Positions 12,501-26,095 of a stretch of DNA of 64,000 nt are shown in pieces. Position 1 is the stretch's first letter. Each line of letters opens with the position of its first letter. The translations under genes and the position numbers were made by a program. Below the pieces are notes generated by a model. That model saw only the letters and a list, made by a program, of their open reading frames with translations, did not search any database and was not told the origin of the DNA. Origin of the DNA: Nymphaea colorata (taxonomy: Eukaryota); assembly GCF_008831285.2 (NCBI RefSeq), contig NC_045138.2:42408001-42472000 (forward strand), given 5' to 3'.

Positions 12501-14078
12501 AAGGTAAGTGCACACCTTGCAGTGCCTTTCGATGGCACTCGAGAGGGACTCCATAAATCAGAATGTCTACAATTTAGCGTACCTTTTGTATGGTAGATGG
12601 CTGTCAAAAACTTACTCTTCCTTGCTTCTAGAGAATATAGTACTCAAAAAAATCTACCTTCCCGGTACTTTGACCATCAAGCAGTCCTTGCTTGGAGAGT
12701 ATGGTCAGCCCTATTTTGCTCATATGCCTTAAAAATCTACCTTCCCCGTACTTTGACCATCAAGCAGTCCTTGCATGGAGAGTATGGTTAGCCCCATTTT
12801 GCTCATATGCCTTAGCCTCATATGCCCACAACTTAGTATTATCATGACTTGTTGTAGATGACATGTCTGCTCTAGTAACTATAGATCCAGGTAGTTTATA
12901 TAGATTTCTAGATCTAGATACTTTCATGAGGACCAATGCACTGTTGCTGACTTTAAGCACTCCATCTTTACCAGTATACCAGCATCCTTTTGACTCTAGA
13001 GTACAAAGAGAGATGAGGTTTTCCATAAGTCCTTCAACATATCGAACATTTGTAAGCGTTTTTTATTATGCCATTATGCATTTTAATTCTAACAGCTCCT
13101 TTCCCAACTACGCATCATGACTCATTTTTCAGAAAAACAGCTCCATCTTCAATTATTCGTACGTAAAGGACCAATCTCTATGGGGCAACATGTGGTAGGA
13201 ACTGCAGAATCAATAATTCAATCGTCAGTTGATCGCTTGGATATGGTGGCCAGTAGGACAAGTTCATTTTCTTATGCACCACTAGTTTCAACAAGTTGCT
13301 CCTTTTCATTACGGTGCTTCTTCTTGTTTATTACTTCGTATCACTCTTTTATTATGTGACCTTTCTTCTTGCAATATTTGCGAGGCTTAAAATTTCCCCT
13401 CCCGGTTTGGAGACTGATTTAGATCGAATGTTGTTTGCTTGCTTGCTTTGTAGGCTTTCCCATTACCGTCAGAGCTTCAAGCTGACTCTAAGTGATGTTT
13501 CAATAAGCTCTTTATCTATCAACTCCTTAGAGAAAAGAGCTTCTGTCACTCCTTCCATGGAGATCATGTCTCTTCCAACAAACGTGGTATCCCTAAAATT
13601 CTAACAAGGGGTTGGCAGCGGGCATAACAATATGCCTTCTGATCTTCAACATCAATCTTAACATCGCTATTTGCTAGGTTCATGATGATAACATTAAACT
13701 CATAATTCATGTAAATGAGCCTGTAAAAACGCACCTTCATTCATTCGGAGGGAATATAACTTCTGTTTTAAATAAAGCTTACTTGTGAGCGTCTTCTTCA
13801 TGTAGAGGGACTCCAACTTTTGCCATAGAGCTGCGGCCATCTTTTCATGGACCAATTCTCGTAAAACTTGATTGGACAAGGAGAGTTGTATCATGATGAG
13901 AGCTTTGTCATCTATCTCCTGCTTGCGGTCCTGTCACATATTAGCTGGCATATATATTGTCAATGCTTAAAAGTACTTGGTGTATTCCTTGTTGAACAAG
14001 AAGCATTTTCATGTTAACTTGCCATAGGGCAAAACTAATGGTCCAATCAAATTCCTTGGTCTTAAATGTAGTTGACAT
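9600..14078 (-). mobile_element. Degenerate Ty1/copia LTR retrotransposon (Tork/Tnt1-like): gag-PR-IN-RT-RH, PPT and start of 3' LTR
   Basis: gag ATG at 14078; WQKLESLYMKKTLTSKLYLKQKLYSLRM; decayed zinc knuckle CKKKGH at about 13360; protease IIDSA at about 13210; RT WVFKKK..YKACLVAK..QLDVKVAFLH..LYGLKQSPRQ and LLYVDNML; RNase H CDSQS..KHIDVKHNFVRE..DNPADM. PPT-like AAGGTGAAAATT is followed by an LTR starting TGT at 9790 with TATAAATAGG at about 9680. Many stops and frameshifts. The left boundary is approximate. Confidence 0.92.
10350..10568. mobile_element. hAT-type MITE (219 bp) inserted in the copia RT
   Basis: TIRs CAGGGGCGGAG / CTCTGCCACTG (9 of 11 match). Perfect 8-bp TSD CCGTAGGA at 10342-10349 and 10569-10576. 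Removing it restores the copia reading AVKWILRHLRGT. Confidence 0.9.
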
Positions 14079-15529
14079 TTCTTGACCTCTAGACTGGTAG
14101 GATAAGAGGATTGGGTCACAAATGGGTGTCTAAATATTTGAAATTAAGATCAGATTGCATCCTATAAACATGTAACCAAATTGCCCAAAAAATAGTTATG
14201 GACCAAGTAAACTGAATGAGTTAAAAATGAATCTAACCATGATAAAAAAAAAAAAAAATCCGAAGCAAAATATTGGTTTGGGTCCGTCCAAATGAAAACA
14301 AGGTAGGACTAAAAAACTGAAATGGTCCGACGGTAATGGATCAGATTCTAGGGCTTGACCTGGATAAATAGGTTTTATTAGACAAAGATCTTAAGAATGG
14401 GCTGAATTTGGTTTAAAAGAAACATGGGGGACCCATTAACGCATCTGTTTTGGATAAAAAATGATGGATTTAATAAATTATTAGAATCTGGATCCAAAAA
14501 AACAACCGCATCTTTTTTTCTCTCTCAACCTTTTTCCTTTTTTCTCTTTCCTTTTTTTTCCCCTCTCTACACGTGTGTGTAAAGGCAATAACAGGGGAAT
14601 CAATAAGGCAACATCAGTCAGCCACGCCAATGAAGCAAATGAAGGCAGCAACGATTGTAATCTTCTCAAGAAGGAAACACCAATCAGTCATGACAATGGA
14701 GACAGTAACACTCACGATGGAAATAATATCAACAAGGAAATATGCACTGGCCAACCGTATGAAGAAAGTAATGCAAGGCAATGGCTGGCCAGGCAAATAC
14801 TACAAGAGACGAAGATACAATTGCCAAACAGAGAGGCGAATCAACTAAACATGGAAATATCAATTGTAAATTAGATATTGTTTCCTCTTGTAATAATCGA
14901 TATACTTAATCTCTGTTTTTCTTTAGTGTGATGGCCCTATTTTAATTATTTCCTCGACCCTTTTCAATTTCCTCTCTCTTCCTTTACCTTTCCACCACAC
15001 GTGATCGGATCCATTTGGACACAAACTATCTCTTTCAAATCCATTTAAACCCGAACAGTCACTTAGTTCCAAATTATCCATTTATGGTACAGTTGGATCC
15101 AAACTATCACTTGCATAACTATTTAAATCCAAATCATCTGTTTTAGGTACAACTGGATCCAAATTATCGTGTTTGGGTTCATTCAGATCCAAACTATCAC
15201 TTTTGGATCCCATCAAGATCCAAACCCCACTTCTATAATCCAATCAATATCCGAATCTCACTTCCAAAATCTCACTTTTCTTTGGGTGGAGATTTCACTT
15301 TTCAATCCAGTTTAGATCCAAATAGAACTTTCAGTCCTTTCTAGAATCCAAATAGTCACATCTAGATCCAAAATCCCAGAGTCAAGTCCAGAAGCCCTAG
15401 TCCATATCAAAAATTCTATGAAGCTTTAAACCTTCAAGTGGAAATTTTAGGAAATTTTGGCAATTTTAGCCGAGACCTTTCACAAATTTATAATTACTCA
15501 AATGCAAATTGTACAAGCACTCACCAGAA

Positions 15530-16040
15530 TTTATAAGCACCATACAAGCATCTAATCACACGTGCATTGGTATGAGTTCACACTTTTATACACGATCCAC
15601 AAGCATACAAGCACTCGTACTATGGCACGAGACCCACAATCATACAAGCACTCATACATTCATACAAGATCCACAAGCGTGCAAGTAATCATGCACACAA
15701 GCACTCGTACTACAGTACGAGACCCACAAGCATAAAAGCATTCATGCATTCATACAAGATCCACAAGTATATAAACACTCATGCATATATGCACTCGTAC
15801 TATGGTACGAGACCCATAAGCATACGAGCACTTGTATATTCATACGAGAGCTATAAGCATTATAAGCACTCATGCATACAAGCACACGTACACTCGTACG
15901 AGACTCACAAGCACACATGCATTCATACTACGTTACGAAATCCACAAGCATACAAACACTTGTGCTTTTGTGCGAGACCCACAAGCATACTGATACTCGT
16001 ACTTTAGTATATAAGTAGTAGTAAAGATCCATAAGCATCA
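15530..16040. repeat. Tandem array with about 90-bp higher-order period built from ACAAGCA(T/C) subunits
   Basis: GCACTCGTAC recurs at 15611, 15701 and 15791 (exact 90-bp spacing), with degenerate copies on both sides. Confidence 0.85.
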
Positions 16041-16402
16041 AACAGCTGAACACCAGCATTTAGTGCGTGGATTTCATACTTTGGCTCACCATACATGAAC
16101 AACCACACATAGTGCATGGACCTCGCTCTTCAGTGCACCCTTTGGACAACCCTACGAACTAGAACTCACACAAATGCACATTAAACTTGTTCCCATGTAC
16201 ATACAGGGACACATGGGCACAAAACCCTTTGAACTTGTGCTTTGGCACACCAGAACTCTACTCATATACATACGAAAACATATGAGTGTATTATAACTCA
16301 TACTTTAGTGAATAGAACTCGAGCTTCAACAAACATAAGAACACCCAACATTCAATGGCAAAATACTATGCAATTTTTTAACTAAATATCCCAAATGAGA
16401 TT

Positions 16403-19400
16403 TGTTGACTTGTTTTTGCTGTTTGGGTTTTAGTTTGGGTTTGGGTCTGGACTCGATCCGATCTGTTGTTCTTGTTGGGCTCTATTTAAGCCATTGTAAC
16501 CCTAATTTAAAAGTGTGAATGAAAAATTAAGTGTGAGAGGGCCCGACTACTAGTGGGCGCCAAATCTTCTCTATCATGGTTTTTTTATCAGTCGAGTCGA
16601 GGGTTTTCCATGTTAATATCGTCTTCTTGCTGTCTTTTCTACTTTCAACCTCAAGCGATGTAGCGGAAGATCGAGACACCACAACAATGGCTGAGAAGAT
16701 AGCAACATGCAACAATAGGGCAGAGATGGCGATGACACTTCACGCACGTCAGGCGACTGCAGCAGACTTCATCGCCTGTGTGCACATCTGAGCCCTTAGC
16801 TATAGCACCTCTGTCGCTACCTGCACAGTTGCCACCGCTGCTACATTGTTGAGCTTCGGTGATTGTGGAATCAGCCTCCTCTGTTGTTAGTATTGACCAA
16901 GCAAATGTTGGGACCTCTAGAACTGAAAATATCCCTGTTCAAGTCACCACTATTCGTCTTACCAAGGATAATTATCTTTAATGGTTTACTACTATCACTA
17001 TGGGGATCGCTAGTCGAGGGCGGATTGCTTATGTCATTGGGAAGAAGACTGAACCACTTGAGACCAGTCTAGCTTGGGATACATGGTTTCTTGAGGACAA
17101 CCAAGTCAAAACTTGGATTATCAACGTTGTGTCTTCCAATATTCAACTCCTCATTCTTCGTAAGAGGACTGCCAAAGATATGTGGATTATTTTAGAACAG
17201 ATATATGGCCAGAAGAAGAAGGATGTTCGAGTGTATCAGTTGATGAAGGATGTCTATGCCCTACGGTAAGGAGAACTTTCCGCAACAGACTTTTATGTGG
17301 CATTGAAATCAAAATGGGAGGAACTTGACTACTACTCTGATGATACTTGGAATTGTCCCTAAGACCAGCTGTGTCATTGGGCCAAGGAATGGAAGAACCG
17401 AGTGTTTTGTTATTGGCAGGACTGAATGATGAATTCGAAGGTATAAGTAGTCAAATTCTTAATTTAGAAGAAGTGTATAGTATTGAATATGTCTATTCTC
17501 GCGTTGAAGCTGAAGAGCAAAGATGTCTTATTATAACAAGAAAAAAGGGGCTTATAGTGAAAGATTTGCTCTTGTTAGCCAAGCTCATAGATGGGGGCTA
17601 CTCGACCCTCTCAGAAATATACTCACTGCAAAAAAACCTGTCACACCATAGAGTTCTGTTAGGATTTGCATCCTGAAAAGAAGAATAGTCATGAGAGATC
17701 TTCTAATAGGAAGAAGCCTATTCTTGATGTTACTAATCCTAGTGGGGAAAAAAACATCTACCTCTGCTGAATAGATTCATGAGCTTTATGCATACCTAAG
17801 CTAGATTGAAACTAGTCAGGCTGAGACATCAGTTTGAAACTAGTCAGGTTGAGACATCAGTTAATCGCACCCTTGCTATCTATAGAGAAAAAGGTAATTC
17901 TTGTATGGGAGAGTGGATTGTTGACAGTGGTGCAACCTACCACATGATCGGCAATCCTAAGTTTTTTCATGAGTATAAGCTTTCGTCAGGGAATGAATGA
18001 GTTTCTCTTGCCAATCGTTCCTCTATCTCTGTGGTTGGGAAAGGGAGTCTCTCATTTTTAAACAAGTTTTTAGTTCACAATGCTCTACATATTCTTCATC
18101 TTCCCTTGAATCTCATTTCAGTTAGCAAAATTATGAAAGAGTTGAATTGTGAACTTATTCTTTCAGCTAATCGTTGTGTTTTGCAGGACTTTGTGACAAG
18201 TAAGAGGATTGTGATTAGTTCAGTTTTTGAAGGGCTATATCGATTACCCATGTGTGTTGCCACAACTCTCATGATGGCGGTTAGCAAAACAAATAAGTGT
18301 AGAGAAGACTTCCTTCAGTTGGTTCTGCATTGTCATGAGCGCCTTGGGCATTTTCCTTTTGAAATTCTTAGACAGTTGTTTCTTGATTTATGTTCTAGTT
18401 TAAATATGACAATGGTATGTGATATATGTCATTTGGCTAAACATGTTAGGGCTCCATATCATGTTTCTACCAATCGTTTCAATGAAGTTTTTGCTTTGAT
18501 TCATTCTAATGTACGGGGGCATTCAGGAATTCCCTTTTGCCATGGGTTTCAGTACTTTATAATGTTTATAGATGATTGTTTTCGTGACACTTTTGTATAC
18601 TTGCTAAAAGACCGTAGTGAAGTGCTTAATGTCATAGAGACTTTAATCATTCTTGTAGAAACTCAATTTGGAACATCTGTTAAGACATTTTGGTCTGACA
18701 ATGTTCGTGAGTATATGTGTTATTCTGTTGATAGTTTTTTTCGAAAAAAGAGAATTGTTCATAAGACGTCATGTATATGTACCCCCCTCAAAATGGGGTT
18801 GCTGAACAAAAGAATCATCAGTTATTAAATGTCGCCAGGTCCCTCTTATTCCAACAGTATCTTTCAAAACAGTATTGGGGAGATGCTGTACTCACCAGTG
18901 CATATCTGATTAAGCATATGCCTAGTCGCGTGTTGAATAGGCAGACACCTCATTTTATGTTATCAGGGAGTCGTCAACCTTTTTCTCTTCCACCTCAAGT
19001 CTTTGGTTGTGTCTGTTTTATTCACAATCATAGTCTTAATATTAAAAAACTTGATCCAAGGTCGATTAAGGGCATTTTCTAAGTTATTCGCCCACTCAAA
19101 AAGGATATGTGTCTAGACCCTTCTACTAGTCGTCTTTATGTTACCAAAGATGTCACATTCTTGGAAAATACTTTCTATTTTAGTGAGAATTCTCTTCAAG
19201 AGGAGAGGTCTACAACTAGTACAACTAGAGAAGAGTATTCTCCAAATCAAGATATTCAGTTTACAGATTTGTTGGACAACAAAAAGGAAAATGTTCAGGC
19301 TACAGACCTTCTAGAGCACAATAAGGATGATGGTTGCTCAACTGGAAATGAGGAAGAACGTAACCGCTTGTTTGGGCAGGTTTACTCTAAGCAAAGATTG

Positions 19401-20425
19401 TCTACAACTGAGCCCACTGATGAGGTGACTGGTAATGAAAATTCTAATCCCAATCCTAATGTTATACCTTCTAAGGATGACCCAAGTCATGCTTGGGAGT
19501 TGATGGTTGAAGGTACTGAGGCTGAAAATGAAGAGTTACCATTGCTCTTAGAAAGGATATCAGGTCATGTATTCAACACCCTATTGGTAATTTCATATCA
19601 TACTTTGAGCAATAACTACAAATGTTTTATATCATCTCTTTCTATAGTTGTGATTCCCAGGACTGTTACTGAGGTTGAGAGCAATTTCAAGTGGGCTCAT
19701 GCAATGCAAGAAGAGATGAAAGCAATGAACAAAAAGAAAACATGAGACGTGGTAAATATCCCTCAAGCGGCTCATCTGGTAGGATCCAAATGGGTTTACA
19801 CAATTAAATATATGCTAGATGGGAGTGTAGACAAATAAAGCTCGCCTAGTTGCCAAGGGGTTCAGTTAGAAATATAGAATTCGCTACTTGGAAACGTTTG
19901 CTCCCATTGTAAAAATGAAGACAGTCATAGTCATTATGTCCTTAGTCATGATAAAGGAGTGGAATATATACCAACTTGATGTTAAGAACACATTTCTCAA
20001 TGGAGACCTTAAAGAGGAAGTGTATATGTGTACGCCTCCAGGATATGAGGAAACCTGAAAAATGCTGCAAGCTTATATGGGCTCAAACAATCTCCCCGGG
20101 CATGGTTTGAACAACTTAGACTGGTGATGAGATAACATGGTTACTATCAAGGGAATGAAGATCATACTCTCTTTGTGAAGAGGAATGAGCATAAAGTTAC
20201 TCTTCTATTAGTATATGTTGATGATATGATTGTCGCAAGTGATGATGAAGATGAAATAACAAAGTTAATGGAACTGTTGGCTATTGAGTTTGATCTCAAG
20301 AACCTTGGTAAGTTAAAATATTTTCTTGGCAAGTTAAAATATTTTCTTGGCATTGAAATTACTAGGTCCGGTACTAGCCTTGTGTTAAATCAACGGAAGT
20401 ACACTCTTGATTTACTAAACAAACA
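16403..20425 (+). mobile_element. Degenerate, 3'-truncated Ty1/copia element (Ale/Retrofit-like) with short 5' LTR
   Basis: LTR TG(16403)...TATCA(16576) with TATTTAAG; mutated tRNA-Met PBS at 16577; gag VQVTTIRLTKDNYL..MGIASRGRIAYVIG; protease WIVDSGATYHM; integrase HERLGH..CDICHLAK..FIDDC..SDN; RT QLDVK, LLVYVDDMIV, LKYFLGIE. Breaks off after NQRKYTLDLL. Confidence 0.92.
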
Positions 20426-20429
20426 CAAT

Positions 20430-23400
20430 GAGTGTTAAGAGATAGGCTTGGGACAAGTATAGTTGTTCCTTTGGGTTAGTACTTGAAAGTACCAAGTATG
20501 CATAAGACTTGATTTGAATCTATTATGTCATGTGACCCATGAATGCGATGCATGTCTAGTTATGTCTCTTTAAGCCTTTTACACTTGAATAAATAAGTCT
20601 AGTGAGCGTTCTACACTTGGTACCCTAAGGCCAATGGGCTTAGGAGATATTAACCTGAAAGCTCACTACATGGGTTCAATAGAACACATAACAAAATGAT
20701 ACGTAGTCATCAAAATGGTGGGGCTCCATAGTAGCCTGTGTGTCTGTGTGGTGGTGAGGTGTTTCCCCTATAGGTGAAGGTCAGCTTGATAAAAGAAAGA
20801 AAGAAAATAAAAGAGGAAAATAAGAGAACAAGAGGCAAAGTGAACAAAGCAAAGAAAAAGAAACATGAAACGAAAAAAAAAATAAAGAGTGTCTACTCTC
20901 GAGAGGCATGAACTACTCAAATTAGAAATTCTTTTACAAATAGCATGAAATTCCTCATGATCTCGAAACCACTAGGTTAATAGTTGCTCACAAGGGTCTC
21001 TATGAACTAGAGAGCATAAAGATCATGCAATGACAATGAAGTTAACAGGTTTCTAATGTTAATGGATCATAACAGGTTTCTGACGAGATATTAAGTTCAA
21101 CAAGCACATAACTTTGCTACAAGATGTTGGATTTCACATAAAATCATCTTTGTGGACACACATTGAACTCATCCTTATGGATCCTACACTGAACTCGTCC
21201 TTAAAGAGACAATTTTTGTAACTCATGGTTCATGGGCACATAATGTTTAGGACTTGCTCTCACAAGTGCACAATGCCTTAAACAAGAAACTTTTCACAAT
21301 GTTTTTCCAGTCTTATAAATATGGCACCTTTATTTTTCAAGAACACTGCAGATTTTGCACTCAAATTTTCACAAATTATGAAAGATTTTCTAAAACTAGT
21401 TGCTTTTAAGTACATCAATTTATGGTTTCTCTAAGCCAAGAACTTTCTCTTATACTAGGGCATTTTATTTTATTTGGTGTCATGTCTTTGCCACTAAGCA
21501 TGACTTTGTACTGACTTAGTAGAAAAGAGGGTCATCTATAGACACTCTAAATTTTTTTATAGACAATCTAAATTTTTTATAGGTTAAAATGACTATTTTC
21601 CCCTCATAAATGAGATTTTGAATGTTGTATAACGAACTTTAAAGCATAGGGGCCACGAACTACACCAGATCAAATAATATGCTCTAGGCATCAAACACTA
21701 GGACCCACATCACCCAGACTGTAACATAGAAAAGTGACATACCCATGATTACTATTTTGAATAGTCATGGAAGTCCTGAGAATTATTTAAACGAAGATCA
21801 ATCAAGATTATTTCCATCTCTACAAATCACTAGATATCATCGTAGCATGTTTACCAACTTACAGTTGGTTAGAAACTGTCCAAAAGTGACCCATTTCCCT
21901 AGGTTTTCTATCATTTCTCATCACTAGAGCACTTGCAGAATAGACTAGACCTAGACAAGTTCTCTTCAGTATTAGCAGAGCATTTTCAGCTTGAAAGCTA
22001 AAATTCCAATGTTAGAACACCATTTGGTATCCCATTTCTCCATTTTCACATATATGATCAACATTTTCTACCCAGTTCAAGCGAGTCAGCCCAAATATAT
22101 CTAGAATCTCATTATTCAGTGCTAGATATGACTATTCTTATCTTCAGTTTGAACAATTCTATCTTAGATTGAGCATACTTGTTTTCTATTCATTCCAAGA
22201 GTATTTGTGTCCATAAATTATCACTGGTGACTTTTGAACTAATTCTTGAGAGATCTGGAATGCCAATTCTCAATCCTACACAGAACGATTCAATGTCACT
22301 CGAGGAGAGTATCAGTGTATTCACACATTCCATAGACAAGGTCAAAATCCCTGTTTCATATTTTACTTTTCACATTTTCATTTGTAGAGTCAATTTTAGT
22401 TTGGCCAATTTTGAAAAATGTGATTTTCCAAAGGCAAATTAAAGAATTTCCCACCAAATTCGGCATGCCCCAAGGACTAAGCCTAACCCACATCCTAGTG
22501 TGGTTAAACAGCTTACCCAACCAGCCATGTAGAGCCCAATTTTGTGCTAGGGGTGAAATCGTTATTTGTTCAAGTGTGCATTATTTTTGTATAAATCTAA
22601 GTTTGGTTACATAAATCAAGCCTAGGACATTCTTACACGACATCTGAGCCTAGTAAATCTGAACCAGCCTAGAATTGGACTTAACTGGACTCAAACCTAC
22701 TTGAACCTGTTTGACCATAACATAACCCAGTTCGACCTAAGCGCGGCCTGACTTGTTCCAGCTCATTCAAGGCCTAGGTCAAGCCGTGGTCTACCTCTTG
22801 AACACTAAGTCTAGACGTCAGATCCTCAATCTAGAACATAGAATCAGAACTCAAATCTATAATTTGCTCTGATTTAGATCCAAATCTTGATTTCAGATCT
22901 TCAAATCTAAATATTTCAAACCAGATCTTGACCTAGACATTTGATTCAAATCTTATATCTAAATTATTATTCAGATATCAATCTAGATCTCTCCAAGTCC
23001 AGATAACAATCTAAACATGTATCTGAATCAAGATTTATATCCAAAGTGACTATATGCTACGATCCTTTTAAATTTTCCACTCTTCAGGAACACGTCACCC
23101 TTTTATTAAATTTTCTCACTCTCAAGGACGTGTGTCATCATCTTGCCTGATCTCAGACACTCAAAGGCATATGCCATAATAAGAGTGCACCACATTTGGT
23201 AGTCTTCCACTCTTAGATACTTGACACTTGTCACAATTCTAGAGACTCCTTTGTATTTGAGATTCTCCAATTCTCTATAAATAGAGAAGCCCTAAAAGGG
23301 GGATGCCCATCCCCCTCTCTAGCCCTTGGAGTCTGCATCGATTTTGGAAGAAAGCCTCAATTGCTACCCACATCCAAATAAGGAAATGGAAAAGAAGAAA

Positions 23401-24049
23401 AAAAAAGAAGAAAGAAAAGAAGAACTTAAGGAAGAAGAAAAAGAAGAAGTTGAGATAGGATTTTCCACCCTTTCATTATAAACATATACGATTTTGTCAT
23501 TTTTCTTCACGTTTACTGTAAACATGTTTAAATTAATGGTTTCCAAGCTTTTAGGTCAAGACTTTTGGGTTTTTTATTTGTTTTCTAGCTTTAGAGATAC
23601 TTCTTGAGTTCATGCAAGATTGAGAAGTGCAGAAATTTCAAAACTTTACCTAACTTCGAGAAGCTCCATCTCTTTAATCAGAAATAGTATTGAGAATCCA
23701 TAAAAAGCATGTCTTTCCCTATATGTCTATTTTCCACAAATTTCATCAAATTGTAAGCTTTTTTGGTTCTTCATTTGATCATTTCCCCAAAGTTTATTTT
23801 CTGTAACTTTCAACCTATAGAAATCGGGTCCTAAAATTTGTCTAACTTGCGAACTTCATAACTTTTGATTGAGAACTCTTATTTGCATCCTGTAAAAAGC
23901 TAGAAGTTAGATCTATGTGTCTAGTTTCTTCCCATCAAATGTAAGTCAATTTCAAGTTTATTTGACCAATCAATTAGGTGATTTAGGCAAAATTATTTTC
24001 TGCAACTTTCTACAAATCATATTTTTATCCAACTTCGTGATGTCGTTTA

Positions 24050-24134
<85 letters not shown>

Positions 24135-25800
24135 TTTTGTGAAACTTTCAACTCCTATGATTCTCTGTTACATAGAGAATTTGTAGATCAATTTTTAAGC
24201 AAAAATAGGTTGATTTGATACCCTATCCTTGTTCTAAATGTAGTTATATAAGTATCCAATCAGTTCTGTTTCTATTACTTTTTGCTATTCATGTTTTATG
24301 TTCCCAAAGTCATTACTTTTTACCCCATGCATGTTTTTCGGATCTGTGTAATGCTGTTGATTCTTTATTATGTGGAGAGTCTACAGACCAATTTTCAGAT
24401 TAATCCAAATTGAAGATAGAGTTTTAGTTGGACCAAATGTAGCTGACCAACCAGTTTTCTAGACTTTTTCTTGTGTTTCGAACATAGTTAGGGCTTTTTG
24501 TCTATGCTTGTAAATCATAATTTATTAAGTTTATTTACATTCTTTTTATTATGCATAGCCCATTTGCCTTTGATATTATAATGTAGCATTTGATTTCAAA
24601 TTTTCATTCGGATTCACTGAGAAATGTATGCTAGTTTAACACGTGCCTTGAAACAATAGTCATTGCACATGTATTTATGATTCAAATTGGTTCCTACGTG
24701 GGTTTACTTTTCAAAATCATACATCGTATAATCAGATGTTTTATGATATTTGATGTGCATTCATATACTTTGCTTTCGCTTTGTATCATGCATTTAATTT
24801 CAAACACTGCACTTAGAGTTAGGCTATGTAAGAATGAGGTTGGGTTATTAGCTGCATGCATATGACAAGAGTCCTTGCATGTACTTGATCCAAATTTATT
24901 TCTACAAGGGCACACATTTTCAAAAACTTAGTCTTAAACTGCACATTTTCAAAATTGAACCAATTTTCAAACACTAGCTTTAGACATGATTGAGATCTAA
25001 CCCAAGATTTGACTTACCTCAAACCACATCAGCTTTACACGATGTCTTAGTCAAGACTGGACGTCAAGTTCCACTACTAACTCAAGTTGAAACTCAGTTG
25101 AAACCTAGATCCTAGTTAGATTTATCTAAGCTAACCCTTTGAACCTAGATTGATCCTATGAACCTGTAATGGATCCAGATCTTGTGAATTGGATCTTAGA
25201 CCTTCGAATTTGAATTCTGATATAACTGAATCTGAATTTAGAAAATTGGATCTTAATTTCTCACATTTAGAGCATCAGATCTAGATTTCAAGTAACTTGG
25301 ATCATGATTTTGGATCTTACACATAATTATATTCCAATTTGGATTTTGAATATTATACCTAAAATTTTGGATCTTAGATTTTAGAATCACAATTTCAAAC
25401 CTTATAGGATTAGGATTATATCCTCACTTGAATTTTGGATTTCAGATCTTCACAATATTTGGATCAAGATCTCAAACTTTACAAGTTGGAATTTCAAAAT
25501 GGATCTCAGATCTCAACCTTTGTTGACTTCTTGGATTCAAAACCCCAATTCTAAATCCTTAGATTTAGATTTTCAAATTGGATCATAAAGTTTAAATTTG
25601 GTTTTTTTTTCTTGAACCAGATCTTGGATACAGATTTTGATCTCAATATTTTGGATTTCAGTTCATAGTTCTTTTCATGTCCACATCCCTAAAACCTTAG
25701 AAACCGGTTCTCAACCATGTCTGAAACTAGTTTGCATTCATTCATATTAGATTTAGGAATTGTTGCATGAATCGATGATAATACGGATCAGGAACTGTAC
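20430..25800 (+). mobile_element. Ogre/Tat-like Ty3/gypsy 3' non-coding region, PPT and long 3' LTR
   Basis: Purine tract AGAAAAGAGGG (21521-21531) precedes TATAGACAC at 21537, a decayed TGTAGACAC LTR start. TATAAATAG at about 23277 and GATCT/GGATC-rich blocks follow. The first kb is homologous to 34355-35337 on the opposite strand. The right boundary was not found. Confidence 0.6.
24050..24131. repeat. (CT)n(AT)n compound microsatellite
   Basis: Direct reading of the sequence. Confidence 0.95.
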
Positions 25801-26095
25801 CCCTGGATTATAAAAATCTTTTGTTCATACACTCTAATTTCTAATGATCCATTTTGATTTTCTAAATCTCATCTATTTAAATTTAAGAGCATGTTAGGAT
25901 CCAGCAACAATCATAACTCAGAATCTAGAATACTCGACCAGTTATGGGTGATCTAGCTTACTTTGTTTTAACCATACTAGCTGCACTAGCATATGATTTT
26001 CCTTATGACAACACCAATTTGTCCTGCTACTTTATTGTTTTCTCGTAGTAGGATAATCCAGATTTGGTACGTCATGGTTTTATTGATAAAATAAA

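Noticed and set aside
15530..16040. Possible CRISPR-like repeat-spacer array (palindromic repeat at fixed spacing)
   Set aside because: The intervening sequences are themselves repeats rather than unique spacers, the context is eukaryotic, and there are no cas genes.
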